DNA of 64,000 bases. Origin: Escherichia coli. GTDB lineage: Bacteria; Pseudomonadota; Gammaproteobacteria; Enterobacterales; Enterobacteriaceae. The position numbers were made by a program, and so were the translations under genes. The DNA is taken from the NCBI RefSeq assembly GCF_016903815.1, contig NZ_CP069973.1; one strand, given 5' to 3'. The notes below the pieces were generated by a model. It was given only the letters and a program-made list of their open reading frames with translations. It did not search any database and was not told the DNA's origin. This document shows, one piece after another, positions 1-10,687 of this stretch (position 1 is the stretch's first letter; every line of letters starts with the position of its first letter).

Positions 1-40
1 ATTATCAAAGCCACTCTGTAGGGAATGGCTTTTGTAATAA

Positions 41-379
41 CTACTGTTCGCTTAGCTTCTGCTTCAGCAAGTAACCTTCGAGCATCCAGATTTTGTTTAC
101 AGCATTTTGCCGGGCAATCTTCCGACCAATTTCTGCATCAAAGTTTTCCGGGCTTGCACAGGCGCTTTCACCGGTGACGGTGAAGCCATTTTGTAGAGTC
201 AATACACAAAATGTCAGCAGAGCCAAACTGTCGTGATAGTCATCGCCAGTTGCAATAGCTCCATCAGCAGCAGTGAAGTACGTTTCCGCAAGAATAATGC
301 TTTCGATATGGTCTGGCGTAACGCGCTGGGCGGTTTTGCCTTTCTCAACGATTTCTTTTTCGATTTGCTGGTCGTTCAT
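41..379 (-). CDS. Conserved phage protein, probably Gp49 (N15 gp49-like) family
   Basis: 112-aa ORF downstream of the lysis cassette on the late strand. The motif LTFCVLTLQNGFTVTGESACASPENFDAEIGRKIARQNA matches my memory of the Gp49 family; not verified by search. Confidence 0.55.
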   Translation of the reverse strand: MNDQQIEKEIVEKGKTAQRVTPDHIESIILAETYFTAADGAIATGDDYHDSLALLTFCVLTLQNGFTVTGESACASPENFDAEIGRKIARQNAVNKIWMLEGYLLKQKLSEQ

Positions 380-758
380 AATTATGACCCTGTAGAGTGG
401 TTGCTTGATTAAGATGTCTTTCCATCAGTCCGCCACCACAAAGAATCTTTTTTGCCATAAGGCAGGAGGTTCATCTTTCAGTGGCTGCCAGTGTTATTTC
501 CCCCACTTACTGGCTTGGGTTGCTTCGTGGTACTGCCGTAACTGGTTGCCTAGAACAAATTCCGGTTTCATTATCAAGCCCACCCGTAGATAGGCTTTGT
601 AATGAACTGGCTCTTATCTCAACGCAGCCCCTTACCGCGCGCCAGATGCTCAATATCAAGCATCAGCAATGAGATGTTTAATCTGGATTCACTCCAGAAG
701 TGATCACCACCCTGTCTACAGAGCCAGATGTGAAGGATGATGAGTAAAATTATCGCTA

Positions 759-1226
759 TCATCGAAGGCATTGCGTCCTGATGTATTCCTGAAGCGTTCT
801 CAGTGCTGTTTGGTCGCGGATAATTCCGCCCCGGACACCGAGAACGTTTCGTCCAGCAACTGGAGAGAGTTCGACGGTGGCATCATTGCCCATGCCGGAG
901 GCGCTGGAGGTTTCGGCTGAGGATGGCATATGGCATTTTCCTTTGACGAACACCCGACCACCATTATCAAGCTTGCGCCGAAGAGCATCATTTTCAGCTT
1001 TCGCATCAGCTAACTCCTTCGTGTATTTAGCATCGAGTGCATCAGCAGAACGCTGGCGCTGCTGCATGTGAGTAATGGTGGCGGTCGCCTGCTTCAGCTC
1101 ACTGACTTTTTTATCTCGCTGCTCTTTGTAGGTCATGGCGTTATCACGGTAATGATTAACCGCCCATGACAGGCAGACGATGATGCAGATAACCAGAGCG
1201 GAGATAATCGCGGTGACTCTGCTCAT
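759..1226 (-). CDS. Rz: i-spanin Rz
   Basis: 155 aa with an N-terminal TM anchor ([18 protein letters not shown]) followed by a coiled-coil region. The N-terminal part is close to lambda Rz as recalled. 4-nt overlap with the R stop. Confidence 0.93.
   Translation of the reverse strand: MSRVTAIISALVICIIVCLSWAVNHYRDNAMTYKEQRDKKVSELKQATATITHMQQRQRSADALDAKYTKELADAKAENDALRRKLDNGGRVFVKGKCHMPSSAETSSASGMGNDATVELSPVAGRNVLGVRGGIIRDQTALRTLQEYIRTQCLR
800..1006 (-). CDS. Rz1: o-spanin Rz1, embedded in an alternative frame of Rz
   Basis: 68-aa ORF wholly inside Rz. Has a lipobox (LIMVVGC) and a proline-rich mature part ([16 protein letters not shown]), as in lambda Rz1. Confidence 0.85.
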   Translation of the reverse strand: MRKLKMMLFGASLIMVVGCSSKENAICHPQPKPPAPPAWAMMPPSNSLQLLDETFSVSGAELSATKQH

Positions 1227-1699
1227 ACATCAATCTCTCTGACCGTTCCGCCTGCTTCTTTGAATTTTGCAATTAGGCTGTCAGCCTTATGCTCGAACTG
1301 ACCATAACCAGCGCCCGGCAGTGAAGCCCAGATATTGCTGCAACGGTCAATTGCCTGACGAATATCACCGCGGTCAATCATCGGTAAAGCGCCACGCTCC
1401 TTAATCTGCTGCAGTGCCACAGCGTCCTGGCTTTTCGGAGAGAAGTCTTTCAGGCCAAGCTGCTTGCGGTAGGCATCCCACCAACGGGAAAGAAGCTGGT
1501 AGCGCCCGGCGGCTGTTGATTTGAGTTTGGGGTTTAGCGTGACAAGTTTGCGAGGGTGATCGGAGTAATCAGTAAATAGCTCTCCGCCTACAATGACGTC
1601 ATAACCATGATTTCTGGTTTTCTGCCGTCCGTTATCAGTTCCCTCTGACCACGCCAGCATATCGAGGAACGCCTTACGTTGATTATTGATTTCCACCAT
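1223..1699 (-). CDS. R: Endolysin R (lambda-type lytic transglycosylase)
   Basis: 158 aa, [39 protein letters not shown]... matches lambda R essentially along its full length from memory. Confidence 0.96.
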   Translation of the reverse strand: MVEINNQRKAFLDMLAWSEGTDNGRQKTRNHGYDVIVGGELFTDYSDHPRKLVTLNPKLKSTAAGRYQLLSRWWDAYRKQLGLKDFSPKSQDAVALQQIKERGALPMIDRGDIRQAIDRCSNIWASLPGAGYGQFEHKADSLIAKFKEAGGTVREIDV

Positions 1700-2006
1700 C
1701 TTCTACTCCGGCTTTTTTAGCAGCGAAGCGTTTGATAAGCGAACCAATCGAGTCAGTACCGATGTAGCCGATGAACACGCTCGTTATATAAGCGAGATTG
1801 CTACTTAGTCCGGCGAAGTCGAGAAGGTCACGAATGAACCAGGCGATAATGGCGCACATCGTTGCGTCGATTACTGTTTTTGTAAACGCACCGCCATTGT
1901 ATCTGCCGCGAAGGTACGCCATTGCAAACGCAAGGATTGCCCCGATGCCTTGTTCCTTTGCCGCGAGAATGGCGGCTAACAGGTCATGTTTTTCTGGCAT
2001 CTTCAT
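1683..2006 (-). CDS. S: Holin S with dual-start motif (S107/S105)
   Basis: 107 aa starting [22 protein letters not shown]..., i.e. the lambda S sequence with Met1-Lys2-Met3. Three hydrophobic segments. Overlaps the R start. Confidence 0.96.
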   Translation of the reverse strand: MKMPEKHDLLAAILAAKEQGIGAILAFAMAYLRGRYNGGAFTKTVIDATMCAIIAWFIRDLLDFAGLSSNLAYITSVFIGYIGTDSIGSLIKRFAAKKAGVEDGGNQ

Positions 2007-2123
2007 GTCTTACCCCCAATAAGGGGATTTGCTCTATTTAATTAGGAATAAGGTCGGTTACTGATAGAACAAATCCAGGCTACTGTGTTTAGTAATCAGA
2101 TTTGTTCGTGACCGATATGCACG

Positions 2124-2161
2124 GGCAAAACGGCAGGAGGTTGTTAGCGCGACCTCCTGCC
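2124..2161 (-). terminator. tR' late-leader terminator (end of the 6S-type PR' transcript)
   Basis: On the minus strand, GGCAGGAGGTCGCGCTAACAACCTCCTGCC is followed by GTTTTGCCCG. This is the same hairpin I recall for lambda tR', and it lies between Q and S. Confidence 0.8.
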
Positions 2162-2515
2162 ACCCGCTTTCACGAAGGTCATGCGTAGAAGGCCGCAGCA
2201 TAACTATCACTGATGAATTCAGGATAGCCAGTGGCTACGGCTCAGTTTGGGTTGTGGCGGCCGGAATCGAACCGGCTTCCATCGGTGCGCTGCCGATTGC
2301 AGTACGCGCGGCGGTCAGCTACATGACTAGTATTTTCACTGTCGCCTATCTGCTAGCTCGCCATTGAGCTTCACCACAACGATAAGAGCACTGCGCGGCA
2401 CCTTTCACCAATTCCGCGAGGTCTGCGGGTTCAATGCTCTTACCTGTTGTGCAAACAAAAAAAGCCACCATTGCAACTTAAGAGTCACTAACGGCAGCTT
2501 ATCTTCTAATTATGG

Positions 2516-3034
2516 CTAAATGGATAATTGCATGTCAAGGCTTTTAACAGCAACATGCTTAACTTTCTCAACACGTTTACGCATTTTGAAAGCATTTTGC
2601 ATTGGCTGGTACAAAACAAATAACGACGCTTTCAGGATGTCGTCAATTTCGTTTCTACAGGTTGCCAGTGAAGGTTTTCTCCATCCCTCACCACCACGTC
2701 CACACATCTTGCGTGGCTTTGCAGTCGCGTGATAGTAGGATGCAATTGCTCGCTTAGATGAACCATGAGCGTAGTAGCTGAGGAGGATGCCAAATGCTTT
2801 CTTGTCAATGCACATGACGGAATCGACGACCTGAGAAATCAACATTCCATCATCATCATTACACATTGGCCTTGTCATAACTCTTCCCGGCTCTACGCTC
2901 TCCATGAACTTCGCTATTACGCTGCTCATGCGCTTTTCCAGACGACCTGAATAAACCCATGCGCCCCACAGTTCAAGCCAGCCATTCAGCCACTCGTGCT
3001 GCTCTTTGGTGAGGTTTAGTTCTCTTATGCTCAT
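2516..3034 (-). CDS. Q: Late-gene antiterminator Q (non-lambda allele, Phage_antitermQ family)
   Basis: 172 aa in the Q position, last gene of the nin operon and upstream of tR'/S. The motif WGAW...RPMCNDDDGMLI is shared with QuuD/Q82-type proteins as recalled. Confidence 0.8.
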   Translation of the reverse strand: MSIRELNLTKEQHEWLNGWLELWGAWVYSGRLEKRMSSVIAKFMESVEPGRVMTRPMCNDDDGMLISQVVDSVMCIDKKAFGILLSYYAHGSSKRAIASYYHATAKPRKMCGRGGEGWRKPSLATCRNEIDDILKASLFVLYQPMQNAFKMRKRVEKVKHVAVKSLDMQLSI

Positions 3035-3219
3035 CGTCTTCCCCTCTTGCCTTGTTTGACCATCAGGACGCCGTTAACTATTACGTGACGCTCGCCTTTG
3101 CTGTCTCGGTTGTACTTGAGCACTGTTCCTCTTGCGCAGGAAAGCATCCTTGCCACTTCGGTCTGATTTCCTCGTGTCTGGATAAGCAGTTCTGGTATCG
3201 TTTGAATTGTGGCGTTCAT
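3031..3219 (-). CDS. ninH: NinH (Fis-like small DNA-binding protein)
   Basis: 62 aa. TIPELLIQTRGNQTEVARMLSCARGTVLKY...IVNGVLMV parallels lambda NinH. ATGA coupling to Q. Confidence 0.85.
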   Translation of the reverse strand: MNATIQTIPELLIQTRGNQTEVARMLSCARGTVLKYNRDSKGERHVIVNGVLMVKQGKRGRR

Positions 3220-3578
3220 GCGTTCTCCAGTTCGGTGATTTTTATTCCAAGCCGTCCGCCTGGTACTTTCACACCACGAATTACGCGAATGTCATCGAAT
3301 TGCTCGTCGTCTTCCGCAAATCCGGCGTGGATAAGGGAGTCGAGTAAACCTTTCAGGATGTTATCGAGGTCGCGGCGGCGGGAGTCTGGAACGTCTGCGA
3401 TGACTTTGATGCGGAGTCGTGATTTGGTGAAAATGTCTAACTTGAGTTGGCGGATGATTTGCTGAACGTCTTTTCGGTATTTCTGGCCTTTATCGCTGAT
3501 GTAGTATTGGCTTCCCCGTCTTCGCCAGTAGGTGTTCAGCGACGGTGGGTATGGAAGCACAAACTGATATTCGTTCAT
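3216..3578 (-). CDS. rusA: Holliday-junction resolvase RusA
   Basis: 120 aa. LPYPPSLNTYWR...DLDNILKGLLDSL is typical of the RusA family. Sits in the nin region. Confidence 0.9.
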   Translation of the reverse strand: MNEYQFVLPYPPSLNTYWRRRGSQYYISDKGQKYRKDVQQIIRQLKLDIFTKSRLRIKVIADVPDSRRRDLDNILKGLLDSLIHAGFAEDDEQFDDIRVIRGVKVPGGRLGIKITELENA

Positions 3579-3865
3579 GGCTTAATCTTCCCCTCCTTCA
3601 GCAGTATCGCCTGCGTCCTGATTACGCCTTCGAGGTGGTAAAGTCTGGCGTCTTTGTTGTCGAGGTTATGGGTGCGTCGGTCGATTTCATCGTGACACGC
3701 GCTACAAGCCCATGCGCCGATCAGGTCGTCAGGCTTCATTCCCGTTCCGCAAATTCCAGCCATCCGGTAATGTGCCAGAACTGTAGTTTCAGGATTACCA
3801 TTGCATACGCCGTAAATACGTACCTGGCATTCTCTGCCGCGTGCTTCTTTGCGTAGATTAGCCAT
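3575..3865 (-). CDS. YbcO-like (DUF1364) Cys/His-rich putative nuclease
   Basis: 96 aa. ANLRKEARGRECQVRIYGVCNGNPETTVLAH...ACSACHDEIDRRTH closely parallels DLP12 YbcO as recalled. Confidence 0.75.
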   Translation of the reverse strand: MANLRKEARGRECQVRIYGVCNGNPETTVLAHYRMAGICGTGMKPDDLIGAWACSACHDEIDRRTHNLDNKDARLYHLEGVIRTQAILLKEGKIKP

Positions 3866-4587
3866 TAAGCAGCCTCCCCTGTTACTTTCAGCATTCCGTT
3901 ATCGAGCAGCTTTCTGGTCAGCCACTGTTGACCACGCCCGGTGATTTTTGTGGTGAACGATATCTGTATTCCGTGATTTGTGTTGACCGCTGTTTCTTTC
4001 ACTGCGAAATAGCCGCGATCCATATATTCCTGCATTGGCACATTGCGCCGGGAACCTGAAGCAATAAGGATTTTGTGATCGCGCATCCACGCAAACAGTT
4101 TGTTTGGACCAATACCAACAACCTTTGCATAGTTTCCAATCAAAATTCCACTGGCCTCGCCAACGCGATCGGCAAACTCAACTTTAGGTGCGGCAATTGC
4201 GAGCTGGTTTTCCAGTTGCATTTTCTGCTCAGCAAGGTCAGCAGCAAGGCGCAACGCTTCTGGTAGCGTTTTTGGGATATTAACCGCAGATTCTTCAAGC
4301 TCTCGCCAACGGTCAACAAGGCGAGCGGTGAATTCCGGCGACAACTGGGCAACAACGACAATACTGTCTCGCTTACCTTGTTCGCCTTCGAAGACGTAAT
4401 GCTCGTACTGAACATTGAACCCTAAGTTATTGATTCTTCCGGAAACCTCAATTTGAGGAAGCCGGATAACACCATTTTTAGCCAGCGTTTCGATGGTACG
4501 TTTCACATTGTCATGACGCTTACCAACCAACTCAGCAATTTCAATGCTTGTCATTTTGATGGCATTGCCATTCATTAACTCATTCAT
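3865..4587 (-). CDS. Phage antirepressor / regulatory protein (Rha N-domain + KilA-C/ANT C-domain)
   Basis: 240 aa. The N-terminus TSIEIAELVGKRHDNVKRTIETL is Rha-like. The C-terminus IGNYAKVVGIGPNKLFAWMRDHKILI...EYMDRGYF is KilAC/ANT-like. Confidence 0.75.
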   Translation of the reverse strand: MNELMNGNAIKMTSIEIAELVGKRHDNVKRTIETLAKNGVIRLPQIEVSGRINNLGFNVQYEHYVFEGEQGKRDSIVVVAQLSPEFTARLVDRWRELEESAVNIPKTLPEALRLAADLAEQKMQLENQLAIAAPKVEFADRVGEASGILIGNYAKVVGIGPNKLFAWMRDHKILIASGSRRNVPMQEYMDRGYFAVKETAVNTNHGIQISFTTKITGRGQQWLTRKLLDNGMLKVTGEAA

Positions 4588-4750
4588 CGTCTTCTTCCTC
4601 GTACATTGAGCTATTCGGATCGCTCATCAGTTCTGCGCAGCAGTGCTCACACACGTGAACTTCCAGCACATGCAGCTTCTGACCGCAGTTAGCGCACGTT
4701 AAAGCTCGCTCGACGCTTTCTTGTTCGTAACTTCGATTTGGGTCAATCAC
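4580..4750 (-). CDS. ninF: NinF
   Basis: [55 protein letters not shown] matches lambda NinF. The likely GTG start at 4750 forms GTGA coupling with the ninE stop. The ORF track extends it to 4792. Confidence 0.8.
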   Translation of the reverse strand: MIDPNRSYEQESVERALTCANCGQKLHVLEVHVCEHCCAELMSDPNSSMYEEEDDE

Positions 4751-4929
4751 CTTGTATTCCTCGCACGATTTCTTAGCCACCGGATATCCCACAGGTGAGC
4801 AGTGTAATTGAAGGTTTTTACGTCAGATTCTTTTGGGATTGGCTTGCGTTTATTTCTGGAGCGTTTCGTTGGAAGGTATTTGCAGTTTTCGCAGATGATG
4901 TCAGTGAAACTTCGTCGCTGTCGCCTCAT
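4747..4929 (-). CDS. ninE: NinE
   Basis: From the internal Met, [53 protein letters not shown] matches 60-aa lambda NinE. ATGA overlap with the methyltransferase stop. Confidence 0.85.
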   Translation of the reverse strand: MRRQRRSFTDIICENCKYLPTKRSRNKRKPIPKESDVKTFNYTAHLWDIRWLRNRARNTR

Positions 4930-5453
4930 GCCGCCCTCCTGACGCCCTGCCCGATCGCCATCAATGCCGCTTTGGATACGGTAGTAAACATCCGTCGAGG
5001 ACTGATGAACGGTCGCCAAATCAGCAGCATGGAACCTTTGCTGTTTCCCTTCTTCTCCAGCCCTGTCGATGGTTCGATAAAATTAATCCGTCCATCAGTA
5101 ATGATGCGAACTTCGTCAATACTCTCCAGAGCCTTGCTGAACCATCCGACAGACATATCCTCTGGCACAAGCATAACTACCGTCTGTCGCTGTTGTATGC
5201 ACTGCTCAGCGGCTTTTTCCACCCACGGCCTGATATTGCTGTACGGCGGGTTATTCCAGATTGCACCGTGGCTTACCCACTCAGAATTGAGCGCGTCGTC
5301 GGCCTCAGTCAGCCAGTGAGCGCACAGAGCATTTTTGTCGCTCGCTGCCGAATCCAGCCAGAATCCAAACTCAATATCCAGTGCATCAAAAAGCCAAAGC
5401 GGCGTTTGCCAGCAGTCCTTGTCGTGTGCTGGCGTATTTGATTTGATAGTCAT
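4926..5453 (-). CDS. Phage N6-adenine DNA methyltransferase (Dam-like, NPPY motif)
   Basis: 175 aa from the Met at 5453, which is ATGA-coupled to the ninB stop. Has [13 protein letters not shown] and IWNNPPYS motifs typical of phage N6A methylases. Confidence 0.8.
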   Translation of the reverse strand: MTIKSNTPAHDKDCWQTPLWLFDALDIEFGFWLDSAASDKNALCAHWLTEADDALNSEWVSHGAIWNNPPYSNIRPWVEKAAEQCIQQRQTVVMLVPEDMSVGWFSKALESIDEVRIITDGRINFIEPSTGLEKKGNSKGSMLLIWRPFISPRRMFTTVSKAALMAIGQGVRRAA

Positions 5454-5890
5454 GCAGCCCGATCTCCCCATCTCGCTTTCCACTCCAGAGCCAGTCTCGC
5501 TTCGTCTGACCACTTAACGCCACGCTCTGTACCGAATGCCTGTATAAGCTCTAATAGCTCCGCAAATTCGCCTACACGCATCCTGCTGGTTGACTGGCCT
5601 ATTACCACAAAGCCATTCCCGGCAAGGTTAGGAACAACATCCTGCTGCTTTAATGCTGCGGTAAACACACACTTCCAGCTTTCTGCATCCAGCCAGCGAC
5701 CATGCCATTCAACCTGACGAGAGACGTCACCTAAGCAGGCCCATAGCTTCCTGTTTTGGTCTAAGCTGCGGTTGCGTTCCTGAATGGTTACTACGATTGG
5801 TTTGGTTGGGTCTGGAAGGATTTGCTGTACTGCGTGAATAGCGTTTTGCTGATGTGCTGGAGATCGAATTTCAAAGGTTAGTTTTTTCAT
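5450..5890 (-). CDS. ninB: NinB (Orf) recombination mediator
   Basis: From MKKLTFEIRSPAHQQNAIHAVQQILPDPTKPIVVTIQERNRSLDQNRKLWA..., 146 aa matching lambda NinB as recalled. Confidence 0.92.
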   Translation of the reverse strand: MKKLTFEIRSPAHQQNAIHAVQQILPDPTKPIVVTIQERNRSLDQNRKLWACLGDVSRQVEWHGRWLDAESWKCVFTAALKQQDVVPNLAGNGFVVIGQSTSRMRVGEFAELLELIQAFGTERGVKWSDEARLALEWKARWGDRAA

Positions 5891-5963
5891 GACTTCCCTC
5901 TCCCCCAAATAAAAAGGCCTGCGATTACCAGCAGGCCTGTTATTAGCTCAGTGATGTAGATGA

Positions 5964-6233
5964 TCATTGCTTCATCTCCCTTTCCATTTCATCAATGTCA
6001 ACGTCATCAGGAAGATGGGAGCAATACGCCGCTATACCATGATGATTTATCTCATACCCTTTGAACGTTACCATCTGGTGCGTAATCTCAACTTCGTTCA
6101 GGAATCCGTCATCGCATAACTGCCTGGCTATTTTCGATTTGGTCTGGATTATTGGTAGTGCCTGTTCTTTCAAAGCGCATGATATTTGTGCATCCCATGC
6201 CTTTTCGAGAATGGCTAATTGTTTTTTATTCAT
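5964..6233 (-). CDS. Hypothetical phage protein (occupies the ren position)
   Basis: 89-aa ORF on the PR-operon strand, abutting the helicase stop. I recognise no family. Confidence 0.55.
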   Translation of the reverse strand: MNKKQLAILEKAWDAQISCALKEQALPIIQTKSKIARQLCDDGFLNEVEITHQMVTFKGYEINHHGIAAYCSHLPDDVDIDEMEREMKQ

Positions 6234-7669
6234 CAGAATCCTCCTTTCTTCTTGGACTGCGGTTCCTCGCGTTCACGGCGGCGCATTTCAGCAGACTGTT
6301 GGTCTGTGTCATAAATAGCGCCATTTGCCTGAATGCAATACACCGTGCCGGTATTGCCATGACGATTGAGGCGAAGGATTAGTTCGGTTTCACCAGGAGG
6401 AAAGCTGTCATCAAAAGCACCTTCACGATGGATCCCAACCCAATAATCGCAATCCTGTTCAATCTGCCCTGTATCTCGTGAGTCACTTGGTAATGGGCGT
6501 TTATTGGTTCGGCTTTCCAGTGCGCGGTTAAGCTGTGTCAGAAGCACAACAACGCAATCAAGCTCTTTGGCAAGGTTCTTCAGTCCTTTGGTGATCATGC
6601 CGTAAGCAAGGTCGTTGCGATCGGCCTTTTCAGCGGTCATTAGTGTCAGGTAATCGACCAGAATCATGCCAACACATCCTTTTTCTCGCTTGATTCGACG
6701 GCTTTCGCTGACGATTTGAGCCAGAGATAATCCCGGCGTGTCGTCGATGTAAAGCAGGTCGATTTCACTCAAGCGATTGGCTGTTTCGATCGCCCTGTTG
6801 AAGTCACCATCGTAATCACCCTGATAGCCGTCATCAGCGTCATTTGTCGCCGGAAGGTAAAAAATATTGGGGTTAACACCTGACTTTTGCCCTACCAGTT
6901 TTTCCAGTATCTGGTCACCTGGCATTTCAAGGCTGAACATCAGAGCGGGCTTTTTCTCATGCACTGCGCAGTTGATTGCCATCTGGCTGTATAGCGTCGT
7001 TTTCCCCATCTTAGGGCGAGCGCCAATGACAAACAAAGAGCCTTTCACCAGACCTTTCGGTGACAGCATCCTGTCCAGCGATGGGATCCCTGTGCTCATT
7101 CCTCGTTGTTCGCCTGACGGGTCAAAACGCTTCTCAAGGTCGCTAACCCAGTCTTCCATGACCTCACCAAATGAGCGAAGTCCGCGACGCGATCCGGTTT
7201 TTGCATGGTCTGTCAGTTGCGTGAAAATCGCCTGAATAGCTTCGTACTTCTGCGTTGCAGTCATTCCGTTGCGGGAATAGAGCAATTCCGTCGCTTCAGT
7301 CATGCGGTTGATGGCGTAGCGTTCCATTGCGGTTTCGCGAACCTGCATTGCATAGGCAACGATGTTTGCTGCGCTTGGCGTGTTCTTTGCGATCTCAGCG
7401 ATATAAGCAAAACCGCCAACAGACGCCGTTAACGATTTACGCTCCAGTTCATCGAAAAGCGTCAGGCCATCTACTGGCTTTTGCTCCCGGTGCATTCTGG
7501 TTATCTCTTCGAAAAGGATTTTGTGTGGTCGGCTGTAAAATGAATCAGGCTTCAGCATCGCCAGAACTTTCTGGACGCGCTCACTGCTGTCATCATCCAG
7601 AAGCAATCCACCAATCACCGCCTGCTCTGCCTCGATGCTATGGGGCGGCGCATAAAAATTATCGGTCAT
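6233..7669 (-). CDS. Replicative DNA helicase, DnaB family (P22 gene-12-like)
   Basis: PPHSIEAEQAVIGGLLLD N-terminus, Walker A GARPKMGKTT, and LVDYLTLM and LLTQLNR motifs. The start at 7669 is preferred because GAGGGTG lies 8 nt upstream; the ORF track starts at 7684. Confidence 0.9.
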   Translation of the reverse strand: MTDNFYAPPHSIEAEQAVIGGLLLDDDSSERVQKVLAMLKPDSFYSRPHKILFEEITRMHREQKPVDGLTLFDELERKSLTASVGGFAYIAEIAKNTPSAANIVAYAMQVRETAMERYAINRMTEATELLYSRNGMTATQKYEAIQAIFTQLTDHAKTGSRRGLRSFGEVMEDWVSDLEKRFDPSGEQRGMSTGIPSLDRMLSPKGLVKGSLFVIGARPKMGKTTLYSQMAINCAVHEKKPALMFSLEMPGDQILEKLVGQKSGVNPNIFYLPATNDADDGYQGDYDGDFNRAIETANRLSEIDLLYIDDTPGLSLAQIVSESRRIKREKGCVGMILVDYLTLMTAEKADRNDLAYGMITKGLKNLAKELDCVVVLLTQLNRALESRTNKRPLPSDSRDTGQIEQDCDYWVGIHREGAFDDSFPPGETELILRLNRHGNTGTVYCIQANGAIYDTDQQSAEMRRREREEPQSKKKGGF

Positions 7670-8558
7670 CGTGTTCACCCTCACGAACTTTCAGGTAGGT
7701 ATTGTCGTTAAGCAGGAAATCAAATCCCTTTTTGTGCCAGACGGTTCCGCGTTGATGGTTTGGGCGTTCTTCGAACATCCATCGGCAATTTTCGCCTACG
7801 TAGCTCAAATAATTTCTCCAGTCCTGCATCGTGAACCCATGTCCGTCAAGCTGGCGGGTTATCACTCCGGCTTTGCGCCAGAACGTTCGGATCTGGTTTT
7901 TACGCTTGTCATTCAGTGCGCGGATTCTTGGCGCTTCAGGAAGGATTTCGTGGTAAGCATCGACAACATCCTGACAGCTGACGGAAGGTTTTTTCTTGTC
8001 AGACTTTTTGTCTGCTGTGGCACTCTCTAATACGTCAGTATTAGAGATAATATTATTATATTCTTTATCTGTGGTAATTTGCTGGTAATCTGCTGGTACA
8101 GTATTGCTTGCAGGCATTGGTATTGCTGGCTTTGAGGTGGTAATTTGCTGGTAATCTGCTGGTACAAAACTTGACTGATAATCGTCATATTTCTCTACCG
8201 AGAAAACTGAGAATTTACCGTGTGAAACCCAGTCAATCATGCCGAGTTTTTTGAACTTTCTAAGCAGGTACTGAACGCGATCTGGTTTGAGTCCTGTTTC
8301 AAACGCCAGAGAGTTTCTACCGCCAAGTAGCTTCCCTCTGCCTACCAGAATTTCTCCTGCGTCAGTCATTACATACTCAGGCGTATGCTTTGCTTTGAGG
8401 ATTAAGTGAACCCACAGATGCGCTGCTTCTGCGTCCTTGTAAAACGGCACATCCATAATTTTACGGTGCAGCAAGGCATACCCCTTACCGCTGCTTTGAT
8501 GCGGTTGTTGTAGCCTTCTGGCCTCTCTGGCTTCGGCTAGATTAGATATGTTACTCAT
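7659..8558 (-). CDS. Replication initiator (lambda O functional analogue; wHTH N-terminus, conserved phage C-terminus)
   Basis: 299-aa ORF immediately upstream of, and overlapping, the helicase gene. It contains the iteron array and an AT-rich block internally. The protein repeat [10 protein letters not shown] x2 mirrors the DNA repeats. Confidence 0.75.
   Translation of the reverse strand: MSNISNLAEAREARRLQQPHQSSGKGYALLHRKIMDVPFYKDAEAAHLWVHLILKAKHTPEYVMTDAGEILVGRGKLLGGRNSLAFETGLKPDRVQYLLRKFKKLGMIDWVSHGKFSVFSVEKYDDYQSSFVPADYQQITTSKPAIPMPASNTVPADYQQITTDKEYNNIISNTDVLESATADKKSDKKKPSVSCQDVVDAYHEILPEAPRIRALNDKRKNQIRTFWRKAGVITRQLDGHGFTMQDWRNYLSYVGENCRWMFEERPNHQRGTVWHKKGFDFLLNDNTYLKVREGEHDDR
8071..8166. 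repeat. Phage origin of replication: iterons inside the initiator gene
   Basis: The exact 30-bp sequence GTGGTAATTTGCTGGTAATCTGCTGGTACA occurs at 8071-8100 and 8137-8166, each containing two TGCTGGTA units, with related TTGCTGGC between them. An AT-rich block (8029-8070) flanks the array. This is the lambda-ori-like layout. Confidence 0.75.
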
Positions 8559-8697
8559 GACCTTTCTCCTTCTGCATCAGCTTCACTTTTTCCAACTCAG
8601 CCCGAAATCGACCAGGCTGCTTGAAGCTGGACAGGAAGCGATCACGTAGTATGTGTTTGTGAATTTTGTCCTGGTAAGGACTGAGTTGTTTTGTCAT
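8551..8697 (-). CDS. Small ORF (48 aa) between cII and the initiator gene, P22 orf48-like position
   Basis: GGAGTAATT-ATG RBS. Translation [48 protein letters not shown]. The stop overlaps the initiator start (ATGAGTAA). Below the ORF-track cutoff. Confidence 0.5.
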   Translation of the reverse strand: MTKQLSPYQDKIHKHILRDRFLSSFKQPGRFRAELEKVKLMQKEKGHE

Positions 8698-8707
8698 AAT
8701 TACTCCT

Positions 8708-8785
8708 GTGGATTGATCCAGTAATGACCTCAGAACTCCATCTGGATTTGTTCAGAACGCTCGGTTGCCGCCGGGCGTTTTTTAT
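8708..8785 (+). ncRNA. oop: oop antisense RNA (antisense to the cII 3' end)
   Basis: GTGGATTGATCCAGTAATGACCTCAGAACTCCATCTGGATTTGTTCAGAACGCTCGGTTGCCGCCGGGCGTTTTTTAT is nearly the lambda oop sequence as recalled, including its terminator hairpin and U-run. Confidence 0.7.
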
Positions 8786-9023
8786 TGGTGAGAATCGAAG
8801 CAACTTGTCGTGCCAATCGAGCCATATCGTCGTCAACGACGCCCCATTCAAGAACAGCAAGCAGCATTGAGAACTTTGGAATCCAGTCCCTCTTCCACCT
8901 GCTGATCTGCGACTTATCAACTCCTACAGCTTCCGCTGTCTTCTCAGTTCCAAGCATTGCGATTTTGTTAAGCAACGCACTCTCGATTCGTAGAGCCTCG
9001 TTGCGTTTGTTTGCACGAACCAT
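8730..9023 (-). CDS. cII: Transcriptional activator cII
   Basis: From the internal Met, [61 protein letters not shown]... matches 97-aa lambda cII. Confidence 0.95.
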   Translation of the reverse strand: MVRANKRNEALRIESALLNKIAMLGTEKTAEAVGVDKSQISRWKRDWIPKFSMLLAVLEWGVVDDDMARLARQVASILTNKKRPAATERSEQIQMEF

Positions 9024-9102
9024 ATGTAAGTATTTCCTTAGATAACAATTGATTGAATGTATGCAAATAAATGCATACACCATAGGTGTGGTTTAATTTG
9101 AT

Positions 9103-9134
9103 GCCCTTTTTCAGGGCTGGGATGTGTAAGAGCG
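9103..9134 (-). promoter_or_regulatory. nutR (boxA + boxB)
   Basis: The minus strand reads CGCTCTTAC (boxA, 9126-9134) then AGCCCTGAAAAAGGGCA (boxB hairpin, 9103-9117), between cro and cII as in lambda. Confidence 0.85.
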
Positions 9135-9142
9135 GAAATGTC

Positions 9143-10495
<1,353 letters not shown>

Positions 10496-10544
10496 TCCCC
10501 ACCTCAATCTCGATAACCAAAAACAAACTATTTTTCATTTAAAA

Positions 10545-10612
10545 ACAATGGAGTTTGTTTTTCACGCCCCTTTTTACAATATTTCTTGTTTACAACATAC
10601 AATCTTTCTTGT
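10545..10612. promoter_or_regulatory. OL operators (434 type) with PL
   Basis: ACAATGGAGTTTGT (10545-10558), ACAATATTTCTTGT (10576-10589) and ACAATCTTTCTTGT (10599-10612), upstream of nutL and N. Confidence 0.8.
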
Positions 10613-10657
10613 AATTTTAAGCCATCAGCAGGACGCACTAACCACCATGAAGGTGAT

Positions 10658-10687
10658 GCTCTTAAAAATTAAGCCCTGAAGAAGGGC
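10658..10687 (+). promoter_or_regulatory. nutL (boxA + boxB)
   Basis: GCTCTTA (10658-10664), a spacer, then the GCCCTGAAGAAGGGC hairpin (10673-10687), as in lambda nutL. Confidence 0.85.

Noticed and set aside
405-672. Plus-strand ORFs (62 and 63 aa) in the gap between the Gp49-like gene and Rz, where lambda has bor on the opposite strand
   Set aside because: Neither resembles Bor (no lipobox, no signal peptide). They overlap each other in different frames, lack an RBS, and have odd Cys/Trp-rich composition. The gap 380-758 is treated as non-coding.
2253-2330. tRNA-like T-arm (minus strand GCCGGTTCGATTCCGGC) in the late leader between Q and tR', where Stx-type lambdoid phages carry tRNA genes
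   Set aside because: I tried to fold the upstream 70 nt by hand. There is no 7-bp acceptor partner for CGCCACA, no 5-7-5 anticodon arm and no D-arm consensus, and the 3' end reads ACCC rather than CCA. At most it is a decayed tRNA relic, not a gene. tRNAscan-SE would settle it.
8642-8920. 92-aa minus-strand ORF overlapping cII in another frame
   Set aside because: It lies in an alternative frame of the well-supported cII/oop region, and its composition is typical of an off-frame translation.
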